Of a DNA stretch of 64,000 nt, positions 45,322-58,479 are shown in pieces. Within the stretch, counting starts at the first letter, position 1; the number at the start of each line of letters is the position of its first letter. The stretch covers positions 1-64,000 of the forward strand of contig JAUCBJ010001770.1 in the NCBI GenBank assembly GCA_032718475.1. The letters run 5' to 3'. The position numbers and the translations under genes were made by a program. The notes beneath the pieces were generated by a model. It ran no database searches and was not told the DNA's origin. It worked only from the letters and a program-made list of their open reading frames with translations. This DNA comes from Nemertoderma westbladi (taxonomy: Eukaryota; Animalia; Xenacoelomorpha).

Positions 45322-46370
45322 ACTGTATACTATATATGAGGGTTAAGGTTCCTACTGTAGGGGCCTATACACTAATATACTACAGTATATATGAGGGTTA
45401 GGGTTCCTACTGTAGGGGCCTAAACACTAATATACTACAGTATATACTGTATGAGGGTTAGGGTTCCTACTGTAGGGGCCTATACACTAATATACAGTAC
45501 TACAGTATATATGAGGGTTAGGGTTCCTACTGTAGGGGCCTATACACTAATATATACTACAGTATATATGAGGGTTAGGGTTCCTACTGTAGGGGCCTAT
45601 ACACTAATATACTGCAGTATATATGAGGGTTAAGGTTCCTACTGTAGGGGCCTATACACCAATATACTACAGTATATATGAGGGTTAAGGTTCCTACTGT
45701 AGGGGCCTATATACTAATATACTACAGTATATATGAGGGTTAAGGTTCCTACTGTAGGGGCCTATACACTAATATACTACAGTATATATGAGGGTTAAGG
45801 TTCCTACTGTAGGGGCCTATACACTAATATACTACAGTATATATGAGGGTTAAGGTTCCTACTGTAGGGGCCTATACACTAATATACTACAGTATATATG
45901 AGGGTTAGGGTTCCTACTGTAGGGGCCTATAAACTAATATACTACAGTACATATGAGGGTTAGGGTTCCTACTGTAGGGGCCTATACACAAATATACTAC
46001 AGTATATATGAGGGTTAGGGTTCCTACTGTAGGGGCCTATACACTAATATACTACAGTATATATGAGGGTTAGGGTTCCTACTGTAGGGGCCTATACACT
46101 AATATACTACAGTATATATGAGGGTTAGGGTTCCTACTGTAGGGGCCTATAAACTAATATACTACAGTATATATGAGGGTTTTAGGGTTCCTACTGTAGG
46201 GGCCTATACACTAATATACTACAGTATATATGAGGGTTAGGGTTCCTACTGTAGGGACCTATACACTAATATACTACAGTATATATGAGGGTTTTAGGGT
46301 TCCTACTGTAGGGGCCTATACACTAATATACTACAGTATATATGAGGGTTAGAGTTCCTACTGTATACAC
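45322..46370. repeat. 55-bp minisatellite, about 19 copies, in the gene B intron
   Basis: Unit ATATGAGGGTTAGGGTTCCTACTGTAGGGGCCTATACACTAATATACTACAGTAT. Confidence 0.96.
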
Positions 46371-48073
46371 TAATTATATAATGAGCGCCTACCTACAGTA
46401 TCTACATCACAATTATTTATTATGAAAATGTAATATTATATTTAATTAATAATTTAGTTAATCTTATAACTACTGTAGTAACTACAGTACTACAGTTATG
46501 TACTGTTGATTAAAACGTATATCAAGAATACCTTCTTCAAGGTCTACTCTAAACCTAATATGTTTAAATAGTTCACCTTTGATGGGAACAACTTACTGTA
46601 GGCCATAAAGACGCACTTTAAGGTATCGAAAAATGTGTAGGTATCAGGTCGAAAGGAATATAACCAATAATAGGAAATAGCAGAGAATATGAAAGTATCA
46701 CTTTCAGACATTGGGTACTCACTCACTAGTACTTGTGAACTGTAAGCCCATTGTCCATCACAATCAAATAATGCAGCCTATGGTGTAGTACATTACAGTA
46801 TGTACTAAAAATGGTTCAGATGTAACGGCTTAGAAACTTATGCAGCTTACAGCTCATACTTAAACAGCTCATCTCCAATTTATTTAGAAACTTATGGACA
46901 TAGGATTTGCAGACATTTCGCCATCTAGTAATAGATTGACAAACTACTGCAAGGGGATCAGCTCCCACAGTGATATATATAATACAGTATATGTATCGCT
47001 GTTGTACATTTCTGGCACGTTTTTGCTTGAACAGATGAAAACAAAGAAATTGAAGAGGATTAAAGTTTATTTATACATTTATACGGAGAAAAAATTTCCT
47101 TTAACACGTGCGCACGTGTTTCTAAGTGTTTAGGGGAATACTTAAATATACTTTGATTGGCTAAATAATACTGGTACAGTACAGTATATGAATTACAACC
47201 TTTATTGTTAAAATTTACATTATTTACCGCTCAGACATTGGCCAGCGGTAAATAAGATTTACATTATTTACCTAGGTAAATAGGGATTATTGCTCTTCAA
47301 TCAGTCAACTTTGTACTGTAATAAATACTATTCTGGGGCATTTTATTTATTTAATGAGTTGCTATGTACGACTAGTAAAATGACATCAATTAATTAATAA
47401 TCTTCAAATAAATAATATGTTCCAGAATATTGTATATTTATTAAATAAAATAAATGCCCTGCCCTGCAGGCTGTAACGGATGCAAATATCTTCACATTTT
47501 GAACGACCATATCTCAGCTATTTCTCAACGACATTAAGATATTTACAAATTTGGAATCCTTGTAACAACACCTTTCCCTTGGTATCAACAAATCACAATA
47601 AGGACGACGAATAATTGCGGTGCGACTGTTGCAATGTTTATTTACTTATTAAACAATAATATATTTTAATAATTATAATAATATGGATGATAAAACACGT
47701 TATTTACATTTTTGCCACTCGATCTGACTTATTTAGCTCCCTCTCTGCGCTCGGTCGGTAAATAACAGAGCTCGTGACGAAGGGTAAATAAAGCATATTT
47801 TAATTACAAATTACCGTACAATAAATAGTTATTTTTGCGGGTCATTCGATTCAAAATACATTATATTTGTATGTTGTTGAAACTCTAAACAATGTCTGAA
47901 CGCGCTCTTTTGATATCAACGTACTTCAACTAAGGCCAGATTTACGGTCAGACACATGGGCAGACACACGGTCAGATTTCATCTGCTTTAAGACTAAATA
48001 ATGAAATTATCCTAAGTGTCCCCGTCAAATTAAAAGAATATTGATATGCTTACAAAAGAACAGATATACTCAC

Positions 48074-48413
48074 CTGAGTTATACGTATACACATTGTTCG
48101 TGGTCCCCAATACATAATTGTTGTTTTGGTCTCTGTAGGCGAAGGTTATCGATCCACTAGGGCCGGGGAATTCCGCAGTAATAAGCTTTGGGTAGCCGAA
48201 ATCGATCTGAAATGTGTCGTCATTTCCTGCGCTCGTGCGACGGGTGCGGTAGACATAGGATCCAGTGAAAACATAGAACTGGTCGTTTTGGATCTCGACA
48301 ACAGCATCTATTGGTCCGATTCCATTTCCGCAAGCAGAAAACCCGAACTGGGCGTTAGATAGCCCAACAATGTAGAGCATGAGTAGAAGGGTGCCAAAGA
48401 GTTTGGGACCCAT
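48074..48413 (-). CDS. Nested gene B exon 1: signal peptide and first hemopexin blade
   Basis: MGPKLFGTLLLMLYIVGLSNA|QFG; near-identical mature N-terminus to gene A. Phase-1 donor CAG|GTGAGT at 48073. Confidence 0.9.
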
Positions 48414-49456
48414 GGTTTAATTGAGGGACTTGTAATCTATTGACTGCGATAATAATTTATTTAACTAAACTAAAAATCAATAAATAAAAGTTCTCGTATG
48501 GGTATCGGGCACACGAGAATGAGAGCGTGCGTTGGTAGGAATGTTGTATATAAAACACGGGGTGGTGTGATCATGGTTGCTAGGTGTGTCTCTTAAAGTT
48601 TGGGGCCAATTCTGCCCCACCCATAACCTCGTATAATTGGTCTTATAACTTCTTACTTAAGTGGATTATGTTACTGCTATAGGCTTATAGCAAAGGAAAT
48701 ATTTAGTTTCCATTTCATACAATGAACAAGAATGCCAAATTATAATTCTGTACTCAATTGTTAAGTTATTTGTCTAATATTTGGCTCGGTTTGTTAATTT
48801 GAAACAATATATGGCCGTATACTTGAAGTAGGGCGTTTCCCTGTTCCCTATCGAAATTAACTCATTAATTAGTTAGACCCACTTTCACATGATCCAAGCG
48901 TGTGTAGGATCGTATAGAGCTGTATAAACGACGAACGTTGACTCCTACACACCAGCCTATGATTGGTCAGTTAGAATTTGAACTCATTCTAGGTAATTTC
49001 CACAGTATAAAAGTACAAAAATTCTATTTTTGGAATTAGTATTAAGTCATAACTAATAAAAATTACGACAAAAAGTAATATTGAACGAATAATATTTGGT
49101 GTGACAGATAGTGAATGGTTGTAAGCTGGTGTTTGTGACCATTTAGCGACATCAACTGAATATTTTATAACATATACTTTACTTCACTGCGCTAACCCAA
49201 ACACATCGGTTAATACGCGTTGTAGTATATCGTTGTCGGGGGATTATTATTATTATTCACTTGGTATACAATGTAGCCTATCTAAATTCCAGTATTATTA
49301 CAAAAAATAATATACATTTGATGGGGCCGCCGTGCAGCGAATGCCACGGGGAATAGATTGGAACGTCTCGTGCTGCGCGATGGGCCCATGAAAGTGTTTT
49401 TTATAGCTATATAAATAACAATTTATTAATTAGATATTGTTTAATTCTACTTGCAG

Positions 49457-49664
49457 TGTGAATCCACTCCTGACCAGAGGTGACAACGACGATAACTGGC
49501 CTGGGTCCAGTATAGCGTCCCTCAGGCGACGAGCCTTGGAACACGCCGCCACTTTCAGTGGGAATTGCGCCCATCCCTTAGTACCAACTGCCAATGGGAT
49601 CACTCTAACTGATATCCGAGATGAGTCATGGTTGTCCAGAAGACACAATGAGTACCAGAGATAA
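49457..49664 (+). CDS. Otp: Orthopedia terminal exon with OAR domain
   Basis: Acceptor TTCTACTTGCAG|T gives a phase-2 join with exon 3 (TG+T = Cys). Encodes DNWPGSSIASLRRRALEH, matching the Otp OAR motif (SIASLRRKALEH). AATAAA at 49676. Confidence 0.9.
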
Positions 49665-50461
49665 ATACTGATTTCAATAAAGTATACTCACTGAATGTAT
49701 CCAACTTTTTAGTTTGGTGCTTGAAAAAAACTAGAATCAAACTATTCGATAAAGGGCCCTGAAACGAGCGTGTATCTATGACAAAGACAAATTTGAAAAT
49801 CTGCTAACTTAATTAAGCTGACTCAGATCTGTTAGGCGGTCCATGATGTTAGTAACAAAGTTTGTAGGGTCGAGGTGATTGTCGTAATGTGCATATTGTC
49901 AATGTTTGAACTTTATCAATATCTCAGCCAATTATATTTGGAGGGTCGAAACTGCCCCTCCCTATAACCAAATGCTGCTGATTTTGTCTAAACACCCCAG
50001 CGCTAATAGGGTGTTAATAACAAACGACTACTAATATCTCACTGTGCTTACATATCATCACTTGATTGTGGGAAGGACCAAATTAAGCCTTCGTGCGCCA
50101 ACAAAAGGTCTTAAAAATTCTGCCCCACATCATGCCGGTACCTTGTAAAACCCGATTATAAAGAAATTATGTAATGAACCATTATTGTGAGAGATAAACT
50201 CAGTTCGCTGCCCCGTAGAAGCCCCAGACGGTGAACAATATCCCCTGCGCAGACCAACGCACTACAGACCTGCGAGAGGCATTGAAGAAAACCCAAAGAG
50301 AGTATCGTAGCCGACACAATAACGAATATAAAGAATTAATAAAGAATTAAAATGTAATTACTTTTTTCCAAAGTAATACATAATTATTTAAATAGGTTTT
50401 AGGGTGTGTTCGAATGATTCTCGGGAATTTTTTCTATTTATTAATTTTACAATATTGTAGC

Positions 50462-51530
50462 TAGGGATGTTGCGAATGTCATATTTTTAACATCCGCGGA
50501 TGCAGAGCAGATGCGGATGTCTATTAAAACATATATTTTTGCCTGGCCCCCCCTTTTACATCAAAGTTATACCAGCATTTTATATTATTAAGAAATAATT
50601 TTGATAATTTATACTTTGATAATTTTTTAACAGTATAAATTTTAATAATAAATAATTTTTTTGAAACTAACTTTTTTGGACTCAGCACCTTCGTTTCTAC
50701 AAAAATTATCCAGCCGATTTTTTTAATTATTAATTTTTAAAAAATTAAATAAATTTATTAATTAAAATTTTCAATAACATTAAAAATTTTTTTTTTCAAA
50801 AAAGTGCTGGATAATTTTTCAAGATGTTCAATAAAACCTTTCAAACGAGCCATAAATTATCGAATTTGGGTGAAAAACGGCGGAGGAGTAGTATTTTGAA
50901 AAATGGAAATATCGTGAAATGTAATTCCGAGATAATTTGCTTTAAAGTTTGAACTTCCCGCTCAAACCTGACTGTCTGTAGTCTGTTAATCGGTCAGTAA
51001 TGATTGATACAACTATGGCTTCATACCAACACCTAAACCTAAAATTAATTAATTAATTAATTAAATACCTAAAATTATCAATATGGGGGTTTTCGGGGTC
51101 GGTGATTTCATTTCTGATGTCAGTTTTAATGTTTGGTTGTATCTAATATGTCTGTCTGACAGCCTGTCTGTCTGTCTTTAAAATTTTGACGGACAAACTG
51201 ATAGACGGAAAGACAGACGGAAAGACAGCGATAACTCGAGAACTAAAAAAGATATCGCCTAACCGTTTCAAGATTTGAACTCTCCATTAAATTCTGCACC
51301 AGATGAAATAGAAAACCAAAAACGTGATAATTGTACCCAAGGAGGGGGTACCCCCCCCCCCCCCCCCCCCCCTTAACGGAGTGGTTGCTGGACCGGGCCT
51401 TCAGAGAGGATGCTTGAATAGTGCATGTAACATCCGCATGTCACATCCGCATGCCATGGGTGCGGATGGGAATGCGGTTGCGAAAAATCATTGCGGATAT
51501 CCGCGGATGCGGACATTCGCCACATCCCTA
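50462..51530. mobile_element. hAT-family MITE, probably with a nested insertion
   Basis: TIRs TAGGGATGTTGCGAATGTC / GACATTCGCCACATCCCTA; 8-bp TSD ATTGTAGC on both sides; subterminal GCGGAT repeats. Confidence 0.92.
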
Positions 51531-52212
51531 ATTGTAGCACAGCAAAAAGTTTAGGTAACTTAACTAGAGACAATTACAAACATACTTTAAATACAAAGAA
51601 GGTAGCTGCTCTTTAGCGTTATGAAACTCTGATTTTTTTTTAGATAAATAGATTTAAATATTTTAGTTTAATCAACTCACTCCGGGCAAGTCAATAAAAA
51701 TTCCCCTTTTTCAAAACTTGTGATATAAAATAAAAACTTTATATCAGTAAAACAGTTACCACAGTAACCAGAAATATTTTGATATTAGTAGTGAAGAAAA
51801 GTATATATTAGTTTATTTCAATCAATGTCTTTATAGCATGTTTAAGTGATAGTAAGTTAGTGACTATGAGATAACAATTCTTTAAAGTTGATGGTAGGCC
51901 TTCGTGTTATTAAAATAATATCTTAAGACTTTGTTCTAGAACAACGTAAGCCGAAGTGCTGCAGTTGTTTAAACGAGCTGATTATTTTGAGTTAAATGAT
52001 TGGTTATTATTGTTAATGTGGTGCGCTGCAGTTTGATTTTCATCCCGGAATAGTGCTGGTCTGTTACAAATGAATGTACTGGACTGTTGTAACGCCATTT
52101 CTAACAAAAGCGCAGTGATTCGGTATTCTGTGGTGAATCGTTAATAAGTATAAAATTAATATTAAAATGATATATAAATAAACATAAACTCGCCAAGATA
52201 TCTACACTGAAC

Positions 52213-54642
52213 TTATCGATCCTCACAGGGGAATATATTGCGAATGAGTTGTTCCACTGAAGGCCGTTTGGTTTGGTCGCGTTGCAGACAGACACGCGCC
52301 GTCTCTAGTACGCTGCTACTGCAATGTCCTTCGGGAAAAGCGATCGGTGCAGAGAGGATAGCCTTGGATCGTTGGTAGGCGTTCCCGATACTCTGGAAGG
52401 GGGTCTTCCCGAAGATCATGTAGTAGAGGATGATGCCAAGACTCCAGACGTCGGACTTACGGGAGATCCGAAGTTGGGCGCAGTCCTTGGGGTCTAGGGC
52501 CTCCGGGCTCATGTAACTTAGCGTCCCCGGTTGGCTCCACTTATATATACTAGTCATGTCTTTAGCCAAATTATTAGCGATACCGAAATCGATTAGTTTG
52601 AGTCGGCCGTTAACGAATAGAAAGTTCGCGGGTTTGAGATCGGTGTGGATGACACCCCGACTGTGGATGGCCGCGACGAGTTCCAGAATCTCGAGCCACA
52701 CTGAGCGGGCTCGGCAATTAATCCCGCAGTGTTTGGAGCGCAGGAAGTGGGCCAGATCGGTGCTGCCGCATTCCATAACAAGGAGTATACGATCGCTGGA
52801 TATATCGTAATCTATAACTTTTATCACTTTGCCGGTGTCTTGCAACTTACTGAGGGTATCGACCTCACTAATAAACAAGGCTTTGTTCTCATCATCCTCA
52901 TCTTTAAGATCGACGATTTTTAACGCGTAAATTTGTCGCCGATCGTCCAACACTTGGTAGACGTTGCTGGAACCGCCTTTCCCCAACAGTTTCAGTATCA
53001 TGTAAACGTGTCCGTTGAAGGCCACGCTGTCCATGGTGAATACATTGTGTCCGCTGGGCGATGCGATTATGGATTTACGTAGTTCCGGTTTAGCGCCCGG
53101 GTTATCTCTATGGTGGCTCCGGATTGCGTTGTCACAGGGTTCGTTCTCTTTATTTGTTGTGTCTCTGACGGCTAAGGGCCGGGTTCGGTACTGCACAACA
53201 TCGGTACAGGAAATCGCGGTAGCTTGTGGTCCGGTAGAATTTTTAAGTTCATGTTGATTGTCTGTTTGTCGGTCTATAACAGTCTGTTGATTGTCTGTTT
53301 GTCGGTCTATAACAGTCTGTTTATTGTCTGTTTGTCGGTCTATAACAGTCTGATGATTGTCTATTTGTCGGTTACTGACTGTCATTCTGTTCGTATCGTT
53401 AACTCTATATGATTCAGTACCGACGCCCCTCGATGGAGGGTGATCTACATCCTCTTTGCAACTGGTTAGCGTGCGAGTGTCAGTTTTATTTAAGCGATTC
53501 GGTTTCTCAGATATGATGGCTGTTTCTAGTCGATCGCAAAACGGAACTATTTCTGGGTGACAAGTTGTTTCAGTATCATTAGTGGGACCGGCTACCTGCA
53601 GCACACCGCTGTTTACGTCCATTCCTCCGCCTACCAAACCGGCACCGTTGTCCACTCCACCGCTGTCCACTCCATCGCTGTCAACTCCACCGCAGAACAC
53701 ACCCCCAAGGCTGTCCATTTCACCGTCCAATACGTCGGTCCCGCAACTCTGCGTCCTTTGCCGCGTTTTGCCGACAACGTCACCGAATCCCAACGCCTTG
53801 GGGGCGACGTTGCCTTGTATTGTGGGCTTCAGATTGGGGTGTTTGTGAACCGTAACGGGGCAGCGGTGTTTGGGTGGGTAGCGGCGATGGGAGTTGGGCC
53901 ATGGGGTGATGTCGCTACCACGGGAGCGGGAGGAGGCAATTAGGGATGCGTTTGGGGAGGAGCACGGGGGCATATGGGAGGAGCCCACCGGTAGGGTTTC
54001 ACGAGTCACCCACGTTTGCGTTCCCCTCGACTTCTCAGCGGAATCCCGTGGAGGAAAAATAAAACGTTCAAGAACGGGAACCCGCTGAGGCAGTCCTTCT
54101 GCGCTGGAGACAGGAGAGGAGCAACCCAATGCGTTGTCCTCTATTAGTTTAGTTATACTTCTCAGCGGGCTGACCCGGCAATCAGAGCCGCCAATTTCGG
54201 AGAGGGCGAGAGCTATCGCCTTCTTAGGTTGGGCCTCGTTGTCCAGACCTTTGAGCAGAATATCGCCGGCTTGCTGCTTGTGGCCTAGGGAGAGTTGAAA
54301 CATCGCGTAGTCTATATAGAACCCGGCGTCGGGTACTGGTTTCGTTAGACCCCACTCGTAGCTGCGTTCGGCCTCCTTGCATCGCGCGTGCGCGTGCTCG
54401 AAGCGCGCTTTTGACTGGAGTAGCTTGATCCCGTCCGCTGTGTCGACGACCTGGGAATTGAATAGAGCCGTACACCGTTGATACAAAGAGGAAATATCAT
54501 TGTAAACGGAATCGCGAGTTAACCCACGAGATTCAAGCTTCTGCTGAGTTTTCTTTATATAGCTGAGCCATTCCTTGAGACTGAGAGAATTGAGGTCGTC
54601 TTCTGCTGGAGATTTCGATTGTAAATCCGAACAAATTTCCAT
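52213..54642 (-). CDS. TTK: Intronless Mps1/TTK spindle-checkpoint dual-specificity kinase (809 aa)
   Basis: C-terminal kinase with GKGGSSNVYQV, YALKIV, MECGSTDL, HTDLKPANFLFVNGRLKLIDFGIAN, GTLSYMSPEAL and SRKSDVWSLG..GKTPFQ. N-terminal TPR-like helices; low-complexity linker. Confidence 0.93.
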   Translation of the reverse strand: MEICSDLQSKSPAEDDLNSLSLKEWLSYIKKTQQKLESRGLTRDSVYNDISSLYQRCTALFNSQVVDTADGIKLLQSKARFEHAHARCKEAERSYEWGLTKPVPDAGFYIDYAMFQLSLGHKQQAGDILLKGLDNEAQPKKAIALALSEIGGSDCRVSPLRSITKLIEDNALGCSSPVSSAEGLPQRVPVLERFIFPPRDSAEKSRGTQTWVTRETLPVGSSHMPPCSSPNASLIASSRSRGSDITPWPNSHRRYPPKHRCPVTVHKHPNLKPTIQGNVAPKALGFGDVVGKTRQRTQSCGTDVLDGEMDSLGGVFCGGVDSDGVDSGGVDNGAGLVGGGMDVNSGVLQVAGPTNDTETTCHPEIVPFCDRLETAIISEKPNRLNKTDTRTLTSCKEDVDHPPSRGVGTESYRVNDTNRMTVSNRQIDNHQTVIDRQTDNKQTVIDRQTDNQQTVIDRQTDNQHELKNSTGPQATAISCTDVVQYRTRPLAVRDTTNKENEPCDNAIRSHHRDNPGAKPELRKSIIASPSGHNVFTMDSVAFNGHVYMILKLLGKGGSSNVYQVLDDRRQIYALKIVDLKDEDDENKALFISEVDTLSKLQDTGKVIKVIDYDISSDRILLVMECGSTDLAHFLRSKHCGINCRARSVWLEILELVAAIHSRGVIHTDLKPANFLFVNGRLKLIDFGIANNLAKDMTSIYKWSQPGTLSYMSPEALDPKDCAQLRISRKSDVWSLGIILYYMIFGKTPFQSIGNAYQRSKAILSAPIAFPEGHCSSSVLETARVCLQRDQTKRPSVEQLIRNIFPCEDR

Positions 54643-55635
54643 TGTTCCCGGTATCGGCAGATCGGTATATTCTGATATTAGCTGATTGATTAGTCCAGTA
54701 CAGCAGTAGTCCTACTGCAGTACTACCCGTACCAGTACTGACTGTCCTACAATCCTACATTCAACATGTACGCTGGCAGGCTGGTACGGCAGTACGGTAC
54801 GGTACCGTACCGGTAGTGAAGTCTACCCGGTCTTGGTCTTCCAGTCTTCGGACATCTGGACATGGGTGCGGTTGCGGCACCACTGCTGCATTATAACGAC
54901 ACCCCCAGCACTGCATTTTACATTATAATTTGATAATAGACATGTGGCTGAAGGCAGGTTAGTTCTGTAGAAAAGGATCAGGGTACATAGGCATGATAGG
55001 CGAGTTAGTTAGCAGTTAGGGGAACCAAAACAATAAACGAAAGTTAACACGTAAACAAGATTATCTAGGCCTATATCAGTTCAGTAGCCTATACAGCTAT
55101 ATCAGTAGACAGTAGAGGCAGAGAGGCCCTACAGCCAGCCCTAAACCGGTATATAAGCAGATAAGTGCTGGGGCTGTGGCGCTGTGGGGTGGGTGGGGTG
55201 TCGTTATAATGCAGTAAGTGCCCATGGCTGCATGGGCTGATGGGTGCTTGCTTAGGCTAGATCAGTAGATCGTGGCGCGCCTTTGCCAGTTTGCTTTTTC
55301 AATCTGTAAATTACTGAATTCAGGAATTACTGAATTAGGCCAACCAATACTGCAATACACAATAATTCAGTCAGATAGTAAAACACAGAAAGGAAACAAG
55401 TGATGTGATTGGCTGGTTGGAGAAAGCGGCTACCAAGCACAAGCAGCAACCAATCTGCCAATCACGTTATTCTGTTATTCATGTTTAAAAGAGCGCGCGA
55501 ATAAATCCCACCTGTCTGCCTGCTAGCTGTAATTGCTACAGTCTGACAGTCCGACATTTTTTATTGTGTTCTATCCTGTAAAAATAGCTTCACACGTCAC
55601 ACTCACACCTACTGTATCTGCTTTCATTTTACTTT

Positions 55636-57092
55636 ACTTACCTGAACAGTTCGGATTTATGCCGGGAAAGTCCACAACAATGCCATTATCACAATTAATA
55701 AAACAAATTCACGAGAATCTATCCTCTCCTAAGAAGCTGTTTACAGGTTTACGCTGTTTATATTGACTTCCGCAAAGCATTCGATTCAGTACCCAGATCC
55801 AAGTTACTATTTAAACTCCGGTTTCATTTCAACATTAGGGGCAACCTTTATACGTTAATAAAATGCATTTTAAAGATTAACTACATACAAATCTTCGACG
55901 GCCGACGGCCTCAGAAAGTCGAAAATAGTCGAGCAAACACATGAAACACGGGGAGTTCTTCAGGGAGACAGTCTCAGCCCCCTGCTGTTTATTCTGTTCA
56001 TATTTGACATTGTCAGCCACATTAAACGTGTAATTTCCCACATCGGTAAGCTGATAATATTGCTCTTCGCCGACGATCTCTTGTTTTACGGAGACTCCTG
56101 GGAGGCAGTGCAGGCCGGGCTCGACGCGGTCGCAGTATGGTCGGCAAAAAACGGTCTCGACGTGAACCTAACGAAAACCAAAATCATGAAGTTCCGTCGT
56201 GGCGGTCGCCTCGCCAACGCCGACAAGTTCACGTACGACGGAAACCCGGTCGAGATTGTCAACTCTTACAAATATCTCGGCATCACCCTGCAGACGACAC
56301 TAAGTTTCTCGAAGCATGTAGCGGCAACTATGTGCAAAGCAGTAATGGCCATCCACTCAATTAACAAACCCGAACTGCTATCACTTACTACATCTATCAA
56401 ATTGTTCCAGATAAAGATTTTACCAATCGTCCTCTATGGTTGCAGGGAAATCTGGCCGTTCCTTACTGTAGCCAATATGATCGCAATCGACAAGATTAAA
56501 TCTACTTACTTAAAGAAAGCGCTTTGCCTACACAAGTCAACCCACAACCGGCTAGTCACTGCACTCTGTAATGAACGGACTCTCGTCGCAGACATCGTCT
56601 CCAAACTCCATCTTCCACTAACTGCAAACTATAATAGCTACAGGGACATCGTAGCTCTCAAAACCAGCGAAATCCCCACCGGTTTCTGGCAGTCGCTCGG
56701 GTTCACTGACCGCAGTTGGTGTGGCCCAAACCGTAGACAGCGGCACGTGACCACGCGCTTCAGCGTGCTCGGTTTTCACCACCGTATCAGCACGAACCGC
56801 TCCTTCCACGTCCCCATCAGCCCATAGACTCCTGCACCTGTAGTCTATGCGGACTCACGCACGGCTACAACGTACCACCTGCTAGACTGCCCACAGAATA
56901 CCGCCTCCCTCTCCAAATGGGCGAACTCTGCCGAATAGCCCCCCCCCCCCCCCCCCGACCAGTTTTTTACAATGAATTAATAATCCAATTTTATTTTTCT
57001 TAACTATATGAACCATACATTATACTACTATTTATTTTACTTGGAATTTTGTACTGTACATTGTGCCACACCAGGCGTTATTAATAATATAA
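55636..57092 (+). mobile_element. 5'-truncated non-LTR retrotransposon (RT C-terminal half)
   Basis: EQFGFMPGKST, IDFRKAFDSV, GVLQGDSLSPLLF, LLFADDL, YKYLGI and a terminal CxxC..H..C motif, with frameshifts. Candidate 10-bp TSD ATTTTACTTT at 55626-55635 and 57093-57102. Confidence 0.88.
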
Positions 57093-57294
57093 ATTTTACT
57101 TTGTAGCGTTGACCGCGATGATATATCGCACTGCTGCGCCCGTGGGTTTTCATCTCTTCACTCAGTTAGCAAATTGACAGTTTCTATTTTTGAACACAGT
57201 AAGTGCAGTAGTCAGTAGTAAATACTGTACCAGTATAATATAATAATAAATAAATATGAAATTGAAATGAACTACTGTAAACATTCAAAATTGC

Positions 57295-57992
57295 ACCAGT
57301 TACTCGCTACACAGTACGTGACACTGTTGATTTGTCTACATTTATCCAGCTGGCAACAGTCAATTGCATCGACCCCGTTGCATAAAATCACAGGCTTAAG
57401 CAAACTTGTTGTAAAGCCGTTAAAGCATACCCTCGACCTGTTGAGTGTTCAATAAATGGCGATAGATCATTAGCTAATCGAATTATATTTGCACTTTCAA
57501 ACCCAAATAGACACTTTAATACAATATCGTCATATTTTTCCAATGGATTAAGTCTATCTCTAAAAACGCGCTCTCTCCGCAATGTTCTTCTACTCTCTAT
57601 AACCATAAAATTGAAATAAGAATTCATGTTCTGCTAATGATAAAATTAACAGCAAACTTTTTCTTTACAGTAGGTTATACTGAGAGCACGAAATAATAAA
57701 ATTAGCCAATTAGAAGTCCTTACTAGGCTATCTTGATAGCTCCTGACCTATCTAGCAAATTCGAGTACGTACTACAGTAGGTAGTGCTAACTACTTTCAC
57801 CAAGTGCTTACTAGGTTAGTTACTTTACTTGCAACCACTTTTCAAGTGAGTACTAGAAAGGGTAGTTTCAACTAAGAATGTATACTTGAATGGTTTTATT
57901 GCAACTGAAAAATATTACTACCTAGTTAACACTAGGCTATCTAGTCTAAATTTTCTAGTTATGCACCTAGTTACTTTTCGTGCAATCGGGTC
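57295..57992 (-). mobile_element. PIF/Harbinger transposon 5' fragment (HARBI1-like transposase N-terminus)
   Basis: RRERVFRDRLNPLE...LTALQQVCLSL*FYATGSMQ...VDKSTVSR. Terminus GACCCGATTGCA at 57992 on the minus strand. Confidence 0.82.
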
Positions 57993-58479
57993 ATAGCACA
58001 GCTGCGCCCGTGGGTTTTTATCTCTTCATTTTGTTAGCAAATAATAATAATAATATATATTTATATCGCGCCTTTAAGAATAAAAATATACTTGCAAGGC
58101 GCCAGCAATAACGATATGAAAGTCATTAAGGTATACACGAATACATAAATGAAGAAGAGTATACACAGAGAAGGTATACATAAATGATACTAAAAACAAA
58201 CCTTCAAACTAAAGAAGATAATGATATATTGTTGGTCGGTAATATAGTATAGACTCGGCGATATTTGCGATCAGTTATTACATAATAGAAAAACTCCTAC
58301 TCTCCCCTAATATCAGTTAAAATTTTGGTAAATCAGTTTAAAATATATTAAAATCCGCTAACCGGCATATTAAAATGTGTGTAAAATTACATAATTGACA
58401 CAGGTTAAAAGGAAATGTAAAATCGTATAGCGAGAAATAAACTGTAACAATTTTATTACTGTAACAATAATATCAGAAA

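Noticed and set aside
45322-46370. Interstitial telomere
   Set aside because: At most two TTAGGG-like units per 55-bp monomer; not a telomeric tract.
52556-54475. Short overlapping ORFs within the Mps1 gene (likewise within genes A and B)
   Set aside because: Shadow ORFs of long real coding sequences.
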